Shown here one piece after another: positions 14,936 through 29,839 of a stretch of DNA of 64,000 nt (the stretch's first letter is position 1; each line of letters starts with the position of its first letter). A program made the translations under genes and the position numbers. This stretch comes from Eledone cirrhosa (lineage: Eukaryota). The stretch covers positions 161,138,001 to 161,202,000 of the forward strand of contig OZ024740.1 in assembly GCA_964016885.1 (NCBI GenBank). The letters run 5' to 3'. The notes below the pieces were generated by a model. It had not been told where the DNA came from, did no database searches, and saw only the letters and a list, made by a program, of their open reading frames with translations.

Positions 14936-15031
14936 GACGTATCTGACGACCGTGTTGATTTCAGAGTCATGTGTGATCACCATATCGATCGTGCTTCGAG
15001 CTGGTCGCCCGAGAAACAATTGTAATATGTC
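14936..15031 (+). ncRNA. Type I hammerhead with ~63-nt stem II, inside a fold-back pseudo-LTR remnant (14810-15078)
   Basis: GACGTAT-CTGACGA-...cgcccga-GAAA-CAATTG-TA-ATATGTC; 7-bp stem I, palindromic ACAATTGT; 14810-14902 is the inverted copy of 14988-15078. Confidence 0.8.
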
Positions 15032-15155
15032 CAATAAATTCCTTTCGTTGCAACACTGATTCTCTTTTTTCTGTGATATCATACTCTTTTCTACGAGGGC
15101 ATTGAGTGCTCATACGGCCTACCGCATACGGACGCTTCAAGCATCCAACACCAAT

Positions 15156-15189
<34 letters not shown>

Positions 15190-15668
15190 TTGTGAGTATT
15201 GAACAAGAATTTTGAAGGGTGTTGGTAGGTTCGTATTATTCTGTATATTCGAAGCTTACATGTATATACACAAATATATATTTTTTAAATTAACATAGCA
15301 TTTTAAATTCACAAGGGAGATCATTAGATCTCGTGTATGGCAAATTTACTTCTATTTTTCTTTTATATTTTGGTTTGTGTATTCCATTACATTATTCTAG
15401 AATTACATGCTTACGTTTCTCTTTATTGAATGTAAAATAATGAAGTTAATAGCAGCAACATTTTAAATATTTGTTATAAATCTACAAACATAACATTTTG
15501 TTACACAAGTTTAATTGTATTATATAGTTCATCTTTGTTATATGTTTGTCATTTATGAGATTTCCCCACATACTTATACACATGCACACACCTAAATAGA
15601 TTTTGTTATGAATTTAAAATATTTATCAATGTTTATATTTATTTTATTGTGTATTCATAGGTGTGTGC

Positions 15669-15732
<64 letters not shown>

Positions 15733-15890
15733 GTATACTTATGTAAGTGCATATAATGTGAGAACTCCTACGTAAACACCTATTATTAATATTATTATTA
15801 TTGATAATATTGTTATTATCAAAATTATTTATGTTTCTAAAGTTCTTTCTTCTGGTTTACTTAGTATATTTAACATTGTTTAAAATCGTG

Positions 15891-16043
<153 letters not shown>

Positions 16044-16044
16044 A

Positions 16045-16436
<392 letters not shown>

Positions 16437-16524
16437 CATACATACATACATACATACATACATACATACATACATACATACATACATACATACATACATA
16501 CATACATACATTTTCTCCCTGAGC

Positions 16525-19270
16525 ACGAAGTATCTCACAAATCGCAATCATTATGAAATGTAACATAGAGAGCAACTTCACACGACACCAGGAAGACGTA
16601 AAAAAAAAATTAGAGAGACGATTTGGAGATACAAAATTTAAAACTTTAAAATCCAAATTACACCATTTGAAACAACAACACAGCTACAACAGAAAGACTA
16701 AAATATAAGTCAACAGCGCATAAACGACAAGTGCTAAATAGATTGTTTGCCAGAGATCCTAAATCTGTTTATCGCAGCTTCGGTGGCAAAAGCTCAATCT
16801 CTGTAAATGATACCCTTTCAAAAGAACAGGTTGAGAGCTACTGGAGATCTGTATGGGAAACGGATGACGGATTCAACAGACAAACTAAATATCTAAAAGA
16901 GCTGGAACAGGACTACTGCCAACATGTCCAGACAAAACAATATGACATAGAGGGGTCAATACTGGAAACAACTCTACAGAAAATGTCGAATAGGAAATCA
17001 CCAGGCCCAGACCTCATAACAGGATACTGGTTGAAGAATTTCACTTTCTATCGGCAAGATCTCATACGGCTGTTTACAGAAACCATTAAAGGCACACAAG
17101 AACTGCCCAGATGGTTATCAACTGCCACTACTCTCCTCATTCCCCAAAATAGACAAACCACCCTTGCTAAAAATTACCGCCCAATAGCCTGCCAAAACAT
17201 CATGTTTAAATTATATACTGGGTGCCTTAACCTGTTCTTACAGGATCACTGTGCTACCAACAACATTATAACACCTGGTGGAAAAACATTATAGCAAGCT
17301 GGTGGAAAGAGGGAGGTGTGGGGTTGCATAGATCACCTACTAACTAATAAAATGATTCAAGAAAAAACAACAAAGAATCGCAGAAACATGACTGTGGTGT
17401 GGCTGGACTATCAAAAAGCATTTGATAGTGTACTTCATGGGTGGATTGTTAAGGCTTTACAATTAGCCAAAGTCCCACAACCACTGGTAGCTGCTGTTGA
17501 ACGTCTGACCAAGAACTGGTACACCAATTTGATCCTCAGAGGCGAGAAGGAGCAAGTTAAGACTGATAAGATACATTACCAGAAGGGTATGTTTAAGGGC
17601 TACTCTTCGTTCTCTCACTAAATCCACTATCTTACCTACTCATGAAACAAGGTGGAAAAAGAACTGGGTCCAGAAGTATCTCCCATCTTTTTTGATGACC
17701 TGAACTTGTATGGGCCAAATATCAATGACATCAAGAAACAATTGGACCTCATTACACAATTTTCAACAGACATCAAAATGAAATTTGGTGAGTCCAAGTG
17801 TGCATATTTGGCAGTAAAACGTGGAAGAGCTGTGCCCTCCTCTAGAAATCTAGAGATGAACGGCCTGACAATACAACCTCTACAGTCAGGTGACAACTAC
17901 AGATATATTGGACAGGATGAGAATGTCAGATATGATGGACCTATAAATAAGGAAAGAACCAGAACTGAATACCTCAGAAGAGTAAAGAAAATATGGTCAT
18001 CAGAACTGTCAGCGTACAACAAGTACATTGCCCACAATACTTATGCTGTGCCAATTCTAACGCCAACATTTGGCCTGCTGAACTGGTCATTGCAAGAACT
18101 AAGTGAGATGGATGTTAGAACTCGAAAACTTCTCAGTGTTACTGGGAACTTTAACATCAATGGTGATGTGGATAGGCTATACTTCTCACGCAAGGAAGGT
18201 GGCCGGGGTCTAAAATCCATCTTAACATCATATGAGACACGGATAGTAACACTGTAGCAACATCTTCAAAAGAGGAAAAAGGTTGGCAACCATCTTGCCC
18301 AGGTTTATGAGCATGAAGAAAAAAATATCATTAGGATAGCCACTGATCTGGAGGAGAGATATGGAATAAAGCCTGATATAAGTCTCTCAACCAGAGTAAT
18401 CGGAAGATCCTATTCAATGTTCAAACAAGATGAAAAAATTGACCAATTTACAGAAAAAGTTGTGCACGGATACTTGAGACGTAAAACACAGACCATAGAG
18501 GGGATAAACCACTCAAAAAGCCTGGCATTGAGTTCCGTCAAGTTTATGACATCACCTTGAGGGATATCTCTATGCAATACAGGAACAAGAACTCCCTACC
18601 AAATATCTGCTGCTCGAAAGAGGAGGGCTATCAGCTGACAATAAATGCAGGCTATGTAAAACAAAGATCGAAGATGTAAGCCACATTGTTGCCAGCTGTG
18701 AAAGAATGTCATCTCGCTACTACCTCCCCATGAGACACGATGTGATAGCTAGAACCATCTGGAACGCACTTCGGAAAACAAAATCGAAAACAAACGAGCA
18801 AGAATATATTGAGACAGATGACACTAAGGAATACTGGTGGAATCTAAAAATAAAAACTGCCACCAAATTAAAGCACAACCGGCCTGATATTGTTGTTTGG
18901 GATCACACATTGAAAACGTGTTCTGTTGTGGGGATCAGCTGCCCACTTGATGTAAACGTTGTCAGAAAAATACAGTAGAAGGAGGACATCTACGGACCAT
19001 TGATGAGGAGTTTACAAATCCAGTATCCAAGATACACCTTTAGCTTCTTACCCCTCATTATTGGAGCTACGGGTCATATACCAACCCGCTTGGACCAATG
19101 TATAACTGAACTTATAATTCATAGTCTACAAATGGCTGCGATAGCTGGCACCTTCAAAATTTGCAAAACATTCTTGCGATTCAAGGGATGACAATTTCTT
19201 TTCTTTTACAACCTTGCCACCAGGAAGGAGGCCGGTCAAAAATATACTCGAAATTAAGAGAAAGAGATGA
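16525..19270 (+). mobile_element. R4/Dong-like non-LTR retrotransposon (RT, zinc knuckle, restriction-like endonuclease), disrupted
   Basis: KSPGPDLITGYWLK, NYRPIAC, VWLDYQKAFDSV, FFDDLNLY, DVDRLYFSRKEGGRGL, CRLC..HIVASC..RHD, HNRPDIVVWD, IIGATG; several stops and frameshifts. Confidence 0.88.
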
Positions 19271-19349
19271 CACATATAAATATATATATATAATGTTATA
19301 AAAAAAGAGAGACGGTATCACGTATACATCTTTTGAATAATTCATCATC

Positions 19350-19414
19350 CTGTTATGCGCATTTCAAAGGCATCCAAATCATTGTGTAACAATTATTTGA
19401 TGTCTTGTCAGCAG
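19350..19414 (-). ncRNA. Degenerate hammerhead in a solo pseudo-LTR fragment
   Basis: Minus strand ctg-CTGACAA-gacatcaaataattgttacacaatgatttggatgccttt-GAAA-TGCGCA-TA-acag; same stem III as the family at 46.9-50.9 kb. Confidence 0.6.
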
Positions 19415-19528
19415 ACCGTATTTTTGTGTAATCAACATATAAACCCATCCAATTATTGGATTAACATCTGTTAACATCATAGCACTGCAGGTTGCTGTTG
19501 TAACGATTTCACAATAACTCAATGCGCA

Positions 19529-20002
19529 TCTATATATATAAACTTGTTCCTGTCAGTTTGTTTATTTGTTTTGTTTGTTCACGAACTCCTCCAATGGTTT
19601 TGGAGATAGACGCCCATAACCATATATATTCTGAAACTCCATTGCCCAGGGTACTTGGATAAGAATATTTTAATCAAATGGTTCCCCGGGGGCACAAATC
19701 CCCGCTGAAAAATTATTCCCTTCGATTTATATGAAATTGAAACCATAGGCAAATGACAAGATATGATGCCTATTTACAAAAGTTTTGAATTGATATTTTG
19801 AAAAACATTTAATAGTAACATTTAATAATGTAATTTTGATTTGATATATTACAAAAAATAATGTTTTCCAATTTTTCATGCATTACGTTTTACATTGACT
19901 AATATTTAAACGCAGAGGTTTTCTCCATAAATTATATCATTGATTTAAAATCAATCATCTTTTTCTTACAGAAATAAAATGTGTGAAACGCAGCAAGGCT
20001 AG
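19529..20002 (+). mobile_element. Non-autonomous Helitron
   Basis: A|TCtatatatataaa 5' end, gtttgtttatttgtttt..gttcacg leader, 3' weak hairpin then CTAG|T. Confidence 0.65.
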
Positions 20003-20129
20003 TAATTAATAAATAGGACAATGTAACTTCTGCCTGAACTTTTATTTCATACATATGTATGCATATATATCTAATATCCTGGGATGTTGGTATGCATATA
20101 TATCTACTATCCTTGGATGTCTGCGATGC

Positions 20130-20770
20130 GCTTTATTTGGTCCCTCTTTTATACTGGAAGTTGACCTCTTTTCGCATCTGCATTTGCGATGCCCTTGCGG
20201 ACAGTCTGAGCCCAGGCATATATCTTTGCAGTTTGATGGAGGGATGTTGCAGGCTTTCATGTCCCTGAAACGAAGCGATTGGTGACCCACTCGTCTGGTG
20301 CCGGTGGCCAGCTGTCCGTTCAGGATGTCTTTTGGCAAGCTCACCTGCTCAATACGCCGAATATGTCCTAGACAATGAAGACGGCGCTGCAGGGAATACA
20401 TGCTGGGAATTTTGGCACGTTGTAGGATGTCATTGTCTGGGATATAATGCTGCCAGTTTATTCCGATGATACGTTTGAGGCACGGCATGTAGAAGGCATT
20501 GAGTCAACGTTCTTGCCTCATGTAGGTGCTCGAGGTTTCACTTCTATAGAGCAAAGTGCTAAGAACACAGGCCTGGTGAACTCGAATCTGGGTGTGTTCC
20601 GTCAGTGCTCCGTTCTTCCACACCTTCTTAGTCAGTCTAACCATGATGTTGTTTCACTTTCCAAACCGCCTGTAAAGGTCGAAGTTGAGTGAGATGGTGT
20701 TACTGATTGTAGACCCCAGGTAGGTGAACTTGTCCAAAACTTTTCCAACATTGAATTCGACAATATATCT
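20130..20770 (-). mobile_element. RTE-clade LINE 3' fragment
   Basis: CLKRIIGINWQHYIPDNDILQRA..LQRRLHCLGHIRRIEQVSLPKDILNGQLATGTR. Confidence 0.85.
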
Positions 20771-20783
20771 TTCCCTCTCTCTC

Positions 20784-20818
<35 letters not shown>

Positions 20819-20991
20819 TTGTGTGTGTGCGTGTGTGTGTGTGTGTATGTATATGGAGTATATATATATGTATATATATATATATATATATAAGTATATG
20901 TTTGGTGTTAGTCCCTCCAGGATTTTCCATATGTGTATCACCATATATATATATGGTGATCCATATATGGAAAATCACCATATATATATCA

Positions 20992-21047
<56 letters not shown>

Positions 21048-21107
21048 GTATATATATATATATATAAATATATCACCATATATAAATATACATATATATA
21101 TATATAT

Positions 21108-21519
21108 GGTGATACACATATGGCAAATCCTGGAGGGACTAGCACCAAACTTTGTCATTGGGAGCTTGATCAACCCCCGAACAGGACGTCACTGTGTGGT
21201 GCCAAAGGTCCCCTCTTTCACATCTAAGGAGCAGATATTGCAATAATCTGGAGTTCAAAGACCCTCAATTCTTCAACAAGCTACTAAGAATATTGAGAGA
21301 TCTGCATGGTGTGGACGTGGGTGTTTTCAAGAAATATCGTGACACTCTGCTGTCCAGGATCCGGATGAGCACACAGCACGGTACGAAGGAAACCTAAGGG
21401 CAACCGCAACGAACTCTCTCTTAAACCAATGGCCAGCCGACACAGGCTGGAGATAGAACTTGTAGCAACAAGGGCGCTGCCTCAGCATGGCCTCAACCGA
21501 ATGGCTCGAACAGGTAAAA

Positions 21520-21522
<3 letters not shown>
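21108..21522 (+). mobile_element. CR1/L2-group LINE 3' end; inverted duplicates at 20898-20945 and 22208-22400
   Basis: [37 protein letters not shown]; 21345-21522 is the reverse complement of 22208-22390. Confidence 0.75.
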
Positions 21523-21586
<64 letters not shown>

Positions 21587-21700
21587 AGTGTGTGTGTGTA
21601 TGTGTGTGCGTTTGTGTGTGTGTTTCTGTGTGTGTAGATAAGTATGTGTATATATATATATGTATATATATGTATATATATATATACATATATATGTGTG

Positions 21701-21731
<31 letters not shown>

Positions 21732-21786
21732 GTGTGTATATATATATGTATATATATATATATATGTATATGTACATATGTATATG

Positions 21787-21818
<32 letters not shown>

Positions 21819-21982
21819 GTGTGTATATATATGTGCATATATATAAATATATATGTACATATATATATATACACACCACACACACATACACATATATATA
21901 TATATAAATGTGTGTGTGTGTGTGGTGTGTATATATATGTACATATATATAAGTATATATGTACATATATATATATACACAC

Positions 21983-22028
<46 letters not shown>

Positions 22029-22170
22029 CATATGTACATATACATATATATATACACACATATATACACATATATATATACATATATATATATATACACA
22101 CATATATATGTATATATATAAATACATATATATACACATACTTATATACACACACAGAGACACACACACT

Positions 22171-22211
<41 letters not shown>

Positions 22212-22715
22212 TTTTACCTGTTCCAGCCATTCGGTTGAGGCCATGCTGGGGCAGCGCCCTTGTTGGTACAAGTTCTATCTCCAGCCTGTGTCGGCTGGCC
22301 ATTGGTTTAAGAGAGAGTTCGTTGCTGTTGCCCTTAGGTTTCCTTCGTACCGTGCTGTGTGCTCATCCGGATCCTGGACAGCAGAGTGTCAAGATGTTTC
22401 TTGTATACGTCCCTATTTCAGAGCACCAATTCTAATTTTTAATTTTTGCTGGACCGGCAATCGCTCTATATAATCAGTTCCTGATTATTACTGGAATTCT
22501 ATAAGAATCCAGCCTCTATCATTTTCAGCAGAGGTCGGCGAGTACGTTCCTCCGAGGAACGCCAACAGTGTGAAACAGAATCTGTCAGCTTATCTCCCTT
22601 CCTTTGCTGAAAAAAGAAGTAAGTGATACAGTCACTACTTTAAAATAATAGCGCAAGGTCTTCAAAATGTTTTTAATTAAACATACAGTATATTACCAAA
22701 TATACTATACATACA

Positions 22716-22816
<101 letters not shown>

Positions 22817-22983
22817 GTGAGGTTTTTTTTACAAAATGAAAAATAACCGAGGTGTCCTACACGAGTGGAAGTATAAAGAAAAAGAGATGAAATCGAAAAT
22901 GCAACTGAAGTCTTATTTTTTTTAAAAATATATATATTTATTTGGTTCCTTTACCGGTTTCGCAGTTCTTCTGGAGGGTCTGT

Positions 22984-23025
22984 GGTTTTGAAAAGCAGAA
23001 GAACTGCGAAACCGGTAAAGGAACC
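22984..23025 (+). ncRNA. Hammerhead variant with U3-A8 core inside a fold-back remnant (22811-23105)
   Basis: tt-TTGAAAA-GCAG-aagaa-CTGC-GAAA-CCGG-TA-aa; palindromic ACCGGT; stem I is short. Confidence 0.6.
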
Positions 23026-23096
23026 AAATAAATATATATATTTATATTTTAAAAAAAAATAAGACTTCAGTTGCATTTTCGATTTCATCTCTTTTT

Positions 23097-23148
<52 letters not shown>

Positions 23149-23154
<6 letters not shown>

Positions 23155-23354
23155 ATACTTGGGGAGGGTCATATTTGTGTAATATTGCCAGAATTAATAA
23201 CAGAACACACTCACTGTTTGGTTGGTTTTCGCTTCTCGCTGTTTTTATATCGGTAAAATATTATTAATTCTGGCAATATTACACAAATATGACCCTCCCC
23301 AAGTATAACAATATTTGTTTCGACACACGATTTCATATAAAAAACCTCGCAAAA

Positions 23355-23360
<6 letters not shown>
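23149..23360. mobile_element. Head-to-head PLE pseudo-LTR ends
   Basis: 23149-23199 is the reverse complement of 23263-23312; the right arm reads on into [24 protein letters not shown]. Confidence 0.75.
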
Positions 23361-23403
<43 letters not shown>

Positions 23404-23429
23404 ATATATATATATGTATATATATATGA

Positions 23430-23479
<50 letters not shown>

Positions 23480-23524
23480 GTATGTATATATATGTATATA
23501 TAGATATATATATATATGTATATA

Positions 23525-23740
23525 AAAGGAACGATCGACTTTTCGTCAAATCGGACCGAGGGAACAATGTTTCCGTTGGTCTTTCCAATTGCTAATACTA
23601 TCTATCGTTCGCAACTCCAGGTAGAAGGAGCAACGTGAAATAAAGTGTCTTGCTCAAGGACATAACGCATCGCCTGGTCCAGGAATCGATCTCACAACCT
23701 TACGATTGCGAATCCAATTCTCTAACCACTCCGCCACACG
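23525..23740 (-). mobile_element. tRNA-derived SINE family 2 (CORE-like domain)
   Basis: Minus strand gtggcggagtggttagag..gatcgattcc, then tgtccttgagcaagacactttatttcacgttgctcc; same family at 50989-51207. Confidence 0.85.
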
Positions 23741-23801
<61 letters not shown>

Positions 23802-23918
23802 GTATCTATATGTATATATATATATATGCATATATATGTATATATATGTGTGTGTACATATGTATATATATATGTGTGTACATATGTATATATATATGTA
23901 TATATGTGTATGTATATA

Positions 23919-24013
<95 letters not shown>

Positions 24014-24029
24014 AGATAAATATATATAC

Positions 24030-25045
24030 CTAGAAACCACCGCAAGATTGCAGAGGAGGAATAGAAATAGGCAGATTAGCTGGTACAACCCTCCCTTCAA
24101 TAGAGAGGTCTCTACACCGATAGCTAGGATTTTCTTCACTTTGCTGAAATTACACTTCCCCATACAACATAGGTACCACACCATCTTTAATAAGAACACA
24201 ATAAGACTCTCCTACTCCACCACACCTAACCTAGCTAGGAATATAGCCAACCACAATTCTAAAAAATTAAATAAGCCAACCACCTCCGAACCCAATCCCC
24301 GGACTGGGGCTCTGTGTAATTGCCTAAATAAGGAAGCATGCCCACTTGAAAACAAATGCCTCACAAATGATATCGTATACAAATGCAATTTCATCTCAGG
24401 CACCGATGATTGCAAAAAAACTTACATCGGCATGACCTCCAACAACTTTAAGGCCCGTTGGTATGCCCACACCCACTCCTTCAGGAGACCGGACAAATCA
24501 AACCAGACAACACTCGCCTCCTACGTTTGGGACCTCAAAAGGAACTCCACCCCCTTCACGCTTAAATGGAAAATACTCCAGAAAGCGCGCTCTTACAACG
24601 GAGGACACAAGGGCTGCGACCTTTGTATCTCAGAGAGCTACGAAATTTTATTCGCCAAGGGCCCGTTACTGAACAAACTCTCTGAACACTGCCCGAACTG
24701 CATGCACAAGAACTTTGCAACTTTCAAACACTTTAAGCCAGTGTTAAAGCCCGATGGCTAAAAACGACATCCCCCTATTGGCCCCTATACCTCCCTCCCA
24801 CCCTACCCACACCCCTCCTCAACCTGAAATACGGCCACTATGGTTATGTGAGTACCTCTTACCTATCTGCATTTTCTGCCTGTAGAACTGTTTTTACGTG
24901 CCTGTGTATATGCGTATATTTATTGAGTACTTATTTATTTGTATGTGTATATATTTGTGTGTATGTGTGTATATGTATGTGTATGTATGTGAATGTGTAT
25001 GTATGTGTATGTTTGCACATATATATGTATGTGTATATGTGTGTG

Positions 25046-25108
<63 letters not shown>

Positions 25109-25653
25109 GTATGTATGTATATATATATATATGTGTATATATGTATGTTTGTGTATATGTGTGTATATATATGTGTGTATATGTGTATATGCATGTATGT
25201 ATGTATATATATGTATATGTATATATATATATATGTGTGTGTGTATATTTGTGTGTATATGTGTATATATATGTATATGTGTGTTTGTATGTGTGTATAT
25301 ATGTGTGTGTGTGTGTATGTGTGTATATATATATGTATATATATGTATATATGTATGTATGTATATATATATATATATATATATGTATATGTATGTGTAT
25401 ATGTATGTATATATATATATATATGCGTGTGTGGGGGGGGGTATTTTTGTGTATGTGCTTGTGTGGTTCTCTCTGTGTTTTATTTATTTATTTATTTATT
25501 ATTTATATATGTGTGTGTGTGTATATATATATGTGTATATATATGTGTATGTATATATGTGTATGTGTGTATATGTGTGTGTATATATATATATGAATGT
25601 ATATGTGTGTGTGTATATATGTGTGTATATATGTATATGTATATGTGTGTGTG

Positions 25654-25688
<35 letters not shown>

Positions 25689-26193
25689 GTGTATGTATGT
25701 GTGTGTGTGTATATGTGTATGTATGTATGTGTGTGTGTATGTGTGTGTATGTGTGTGTATGTGTGTATATATATGTATATGTGTATGTATGTGTATATGT
25801 ATATATATGTATATGTATGTGTTTACCGAATTCGCAGACCAGACACCTTCTTCCTCCCGTTAGACCTGTGCGAAATTCCTTCCTTGCTCACATTTCAACC
25901 AGGTTTGATGGTCTTTATTCTCTCGTTCACGATTTCACCGAACTTAAATTCATAGAAATCTGGGACTTGTCTCTTTCTTCCTCACTTTCTGTTGCTTCAC
26001 CATTTTGTTTGTTTACCCTCGCGTCCCCTTTATTTACGTGTCCCAACGACTTTTTTTAGCCGTTGCTCGCACCAACCGGAGGTATATGGTCTTTAAAGCG
26101 ATGAAATGCCTATGATGGTTGGAAGATCACTGATGAAGGACAAACTTTTTTCATATGTAACCCATTTGCAACTCCGCAGCGCCCTTATTATCA

Positions 26194-26198
<5 letters not shown>
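24030..26198 (+). mobile_element. 5'-truncated PLE: linker + GIY-YIG endonuclease (24030-24761) and probable microsatellite-rich 3' UTR
   Basis: [57 protein letters not shown]; the 3' boundary is inferred. Confidence 0.85.
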
Positions 26199-26254
<56 letters not shown>

Positions 26255-26546
26255 ATATATATATATGCATATGTGTATATATATATATGTATGTGTATAT
26301 ATGTATATATATTTATATGTATATATGTGTGTATATATATATATATATATGTGTATGTGTGTGTGTATATGTATATATATGTGTATATATGTATATATAT
26401 GTATATATGTATATATATATATATACATATATGTATATATATATATATTTATTTATTTATTTATGTATATGTATGTGTGTATGTGTGTACGTATGTGTGT
26501 GTATATGTATATATGTATATATATGTATGTATGTGTGTATATATGT

Positions 26547-26612
<66 letters not shown>

Positions 26613-26629
26613 GTGTATGTGTGTGTATA

Positions 26630-26664
<35 letters not shown>

Positions 26665-26775
26665 GTGGGTGTGTGTGTATATATATGTGTATATATATAT
26701 TTATATTGCATGTGTGTGTATATGTGTGCGTGTGTGTATATATATATATGTATATATATATGTATATATATATGT

Positions 26776-26842
<67 letters not shown>

Positions 26843-26903
26843 GTGTATGTGTTTATATATATGTGTGTGTATGTGTGTATGTATGTATATATATATGTGT
26901 ATA

Positions 26904-26952
<49 letters not shown>

Positions 26953-26965
26953 ATGTGTGTGTATA

Positions 26966-27017
<52 letters not shown>

Positions 27018-27109
27018 CATATGTGTGTATGTGTGTGTGTATGTATATATATATGTGTATATATATATATATATATATGTGTGTGTATATATGTATATAT
27101 ATGTGTGTG

Positions 27110-27167
<58 letters not shown>

Positions 27168-27742
27168 TATATATGCGTGTGTGTGTATATATATGTATAT
27201 GTGTATGTGTGTGTGTTTATGGGTGCGCGTGAGTGTGTGAGTGAGTGTGTTTTGTGAATGTGTCTTGATTTTGGCATATAGTTGAACAGTTTAAGAGAAA
27301 TTTGAAGATAATTGTAAGATATGCACTCAATATTTTGAATTTGTCTACAGAATTCTCTAAACCTTTGTCACTCAGTAAAGAATTTAGCTTTTAAAGAATC
27401 TCCCTTTCCCTTAAATCTATCTACCATGACTGACCCCCACTGATCTTATAGACACCTGTTAGCTTAAGAGAAACTTAATAATAAGGAGTGGTATGCCTTC
27501 CTGGACCTGTTTATAGAATTCTTTCTGCCTTTGTTGCTCTAAAAATAAAAATAAACTATAGCTTTGTAGAATTAGCTTTTAATGAATTTTCTATCAACCA
27601 ATGACCTACACCCATCCCACCCCACCCTCTCCTACCACTTGTAGAGATCTAGAAATACCATACTTATTTTTTGATACCCAGATTCCTGATGATTTCTAAA
27701 GAATGAAACAATTCTAGTCCTGTAGAATCTCATCTATATTAA

Positions 27743-27806
<64 letters not shown>

Positions 27807-27845
27807 AGATAAATATATACATATCTATATATATATATATATATA

Positions 27846-28967
27846 TTGCCAAATTAAACAGCGGCAAGTCAATTGGAATTGATGGATTGAGTGCCGAGAT
27901 ATTCAAGTGTGCTGGTGATAACTTCTTTAACCGACTCAGGATCTCTTTGTGAATGTTTGGAATGAAGATGTACCGCAGGACTGGAAAGATGCATTGATCG
28001 TGCTATTTTATGTAAAGGAGCCAAGGAGGACTGTAACCACTACAGAGGTATTTCGCTGCGGCTGGGAAGATTTTGTGCAGGATATTTTTGGACAGATTGA
28101 TACAACACATTGCTGTTAAGGTACTTCCTGGGTCCCAATGTGGCTTTAGGAATGGCAGGGGCACTGGTGATATGGTCCCCTGGGCCAAACAACTTCAAGA
28201 GAATTGCATTGGACTTATACCAAGTTTGTGTCGATCTGACCAAGGCATTCGACACCGTAAATCGGAAGGTTTTGTAGGTTATTTTGAAGAGATTGGGCTT
28301 TCCTTAAAAGTTTATGCACCTACTTAAGCTCTTCCACAATCTCACGTGGGCATGGGTAAACATTGGAGGTCAACTATCTGAGCCAATTTCGGTTGAAAAT
28401 AGTGTCAAGCAAGGTGATATACACGTACCAACTTTGTATGACTTGTATTTCGCAATGGTGTTCTTCGTGGCCTTTACGGATTGCCAACACGGTATCTATC
28501 TCAGATATCGCACTTCCGGCAAGCAGTTTAACCTCAGGCGTCGCACTGCCAACAATAAGGTACTGAGTACCTTGATCAGAGAATTTCTGTATACAGATGA
28601 TTGTGATCTCTTTGCACATTCCTAGAGAGACATACAACACCTAATGGATTCTTTATCCCATGCGTGCAGTGCTTTGAGACTGACAATCAGTCCGAAGAAG
28701 ACTGTCGTCATGTACCAACCTGCTCTGGAAAATATTTTCAATGAACCCTTCATACGTTCAAAAGCTGAAGGTTGCTGACAGATTTGTGTATTTGGGGAGT
28801 ACTGTGAGTGTGACCTCTCCCTGGACGCAGAAGTTTGCCTGCGTGTTACCAAAGCAAATGAGTCATTTGGAAGGCTCAGTGACCGTCTGTGGTGCAGCCA
28901 AAAAATCACAATGAAGACCAAGGTGAAAGTGTATGCCGCATGTGTACTATCAGCATTGCTGTATGCG
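27846..28967 (+). mobile_element. RTE-clade LINE RT fragment
   Basis: VLPGSQCGFRNGRGTGDM, DLTKAFDTV, VKQGD..PTL, REFLYTDDCDL; frameshifted. Confidence 0.88.
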
Positions 28968-28973
28968 TAAGAG

Positions 28974-29043
<70 letters not shown>

Positions 29044-29067
29044 CTATGTATGTATCTATATATATAA

Positions 29068-29240
29068 CGATGGAAATGTGGTAAGGAACAAGATGGACCA
29101 TAACGCACCAGAATACTCAATACTTAGGGTAGTAGAGTGGGTAATAGAAAAAAGTATGACCCCTGACGGCAGAGCTCAAGCCGTCTATAAATAGCCGTCG
29201 AAACGGCTTTAGCTCTGCCCTCGGGGTCATACTTTTTCCT
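29068..29240 (+). repeat. Unclassified short interspersed element ending in a long hairpin; second copy at 46078-46195 (minus)
   Basis: ggaaatgtggtaaggaac..gaccataacgcacca..tactcaatacttagggtagtaga is shared; aaaaagtatgacccc..ggcagagct..aagccgt pairs with acggctt..agctctgcc..ggggtcatacttttt. Confidence 0.6.
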
Positions 29241-29259
29241 ATATATATATGTATATAAC

Positions 29260-29738
29260 CGCTGCGTTACTCAAGGTCTGCGAGGAACAAATCACCAAAG
29301 AGGAGACGAGAGATGCGATCAGCGACTTGAGGAACGGCAAAGCAGACAGACTGGATGAGATCTCTACTGATAACGGCGTTGACAAACTTGATGAACCTCT
29401 GCTGGAGGGTTGGTCGGGTTCCTCTTGAGTGGCAGCGCGGTGTCATCGTCAAACTTCTAAAGAAGGGAAACCTGGCCGACAGCAACCACTGGCGCGGAAT
29501 CACATTGCTGTCATTCCCAGCCAAGGCGTTCTATAATGTGTTGCTGCGTCGACTCCGGCAGGCTGTCGACTCAGTGCTCTGGTAAAGAAAATCCAGCTTC
29601 TGAAACCATCGATCGATCTTGCACCGAACAGATCTTCACACGACGCAACATCCTCGAACAATGCGTTGAGCTCCAGCACACTTTGGTGGTCAACTTCATT
29701 GATTTCCAAAAGATATTCGACAGTGTGCATCGGGAAAC
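29260..29738 (+). mobile_element. Second RTE-type RT fragment
   Basis: VPLEWQRGVIVKLLKKGNLADSNHWRGITLLS; RSCTEQIFTRRNILEQ..VNFIDFQKIFDSVHRE. Confidence 0.85.
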
Positions 29739-29749
29739 TAAGATATGCA

Positions 29750-29839
<90 letters not shown>

